Assembly: GCA_030636025.1 (NCBI GenBank)
Contig: DAOVXQ010000005.1
Location: 12,700 to 76,699, forward strand
Reading direction: 5' to 3'
Length of the DNA: 64,000 nucleotides
Origin: an archaeon
Lineage (GTDB): Archaea > Nanobdellota > Nanobdellia > Pacearchaeales > GW2011-AR1
Program-made: the position numbers and the translations under genes
Shown: positions 62,913-64,000 of the stretch, one piece after another
Position numbering within the stretch: the stretch's first letter is position 1
Layout: each line of letters begins with the position of its first letter
Notes under the pieces: generated by a model
The model's input: the letters and a program-made list of their open reading frames with translations, nothing else
Databases searched by the model: none
What the model was told of the DNA's origin: nothing

Positions 62913-62999
62913 ATAACAATCTTCTTCTGATGATTATTTAAACATTATCCTCTTTTAGTAATATAAATCTTTAAATAAAATCAATTAATAATAATCTTT

Positions 63000-63668
<669 letters not shown>

Positions 63669-64000
63669 ACCACTGAATTTGGATAGTTTAGAAGATAAAA
63701 CAATTATGTATCAGAGTTTTTCACTACAAACCGCTTAATTTTATAACTATTCGGTGTAACGATTTTAAGATAATCTTAGCTACAGCTAATATTTTTAAAA
63801 TAAACTTTCGGGCCTTAATCTCCCCATGTTTTAGGACTTTAGACTTTAATATCTTAATTCCCTATATTGTGCTATTTTTTAATAATCCTCTCTTTAGGAT
63901 ATTTTAAACCTTATATTTTACTTACTTTTCATATTTTTATGTGTTTTTCTTTTATTTCACACATAAACTCTTTAAATTTACTATTTTTTATGTAAATTCA

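Overview
AT-rich, gene-dense archaeal fragment. It carries PolD DP1 and DP2, Orc1/Cdc6 beside a repeat-rich origin, aEF-1beta, Dph6, Hef/XPF and many class-III-signal pilin-like genes. Gene content and compactness suggest a DPANN-type genome, which is inference only. Main blocks: (i) a dispersed type-IV-pilus-like system with an A24 prepilin peptidase, a FlaJ/TadC-like platform, a FlaI/PilB-like ATPase and about 11 small pilin-like genes; (ii) a 4195-codon surface protein (24741-37328, minus) with seven LamG_3-type lectin modules; (iii) a replication island of PolD, Orc1/Cdc6 and oriC; (iv) housekeeping genes. No rRNA, tRNA or CRISPR array was recognised. The standout is inside the giant gene. 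Two intein-like Hint insertions (H|C...N|S) sit at the same conserved site of paralogous LamG modules. In place of a homing endonuclease, each carries toxin-antitoxin operons (RHH/PIN VapBC-like, and RelE/ParE-like) on the opposite strand. The host reading frame stays open straight through them. One embedded toxin gene lies codon-for-codon antisense to the host frame and uses no TTA, CTA or TCA codon, as an open antisense frame requires. To my knowledge, TA-loaded inteins coded on both strands have not been described. All family assignments come from motifs read by eye and need profile searches.
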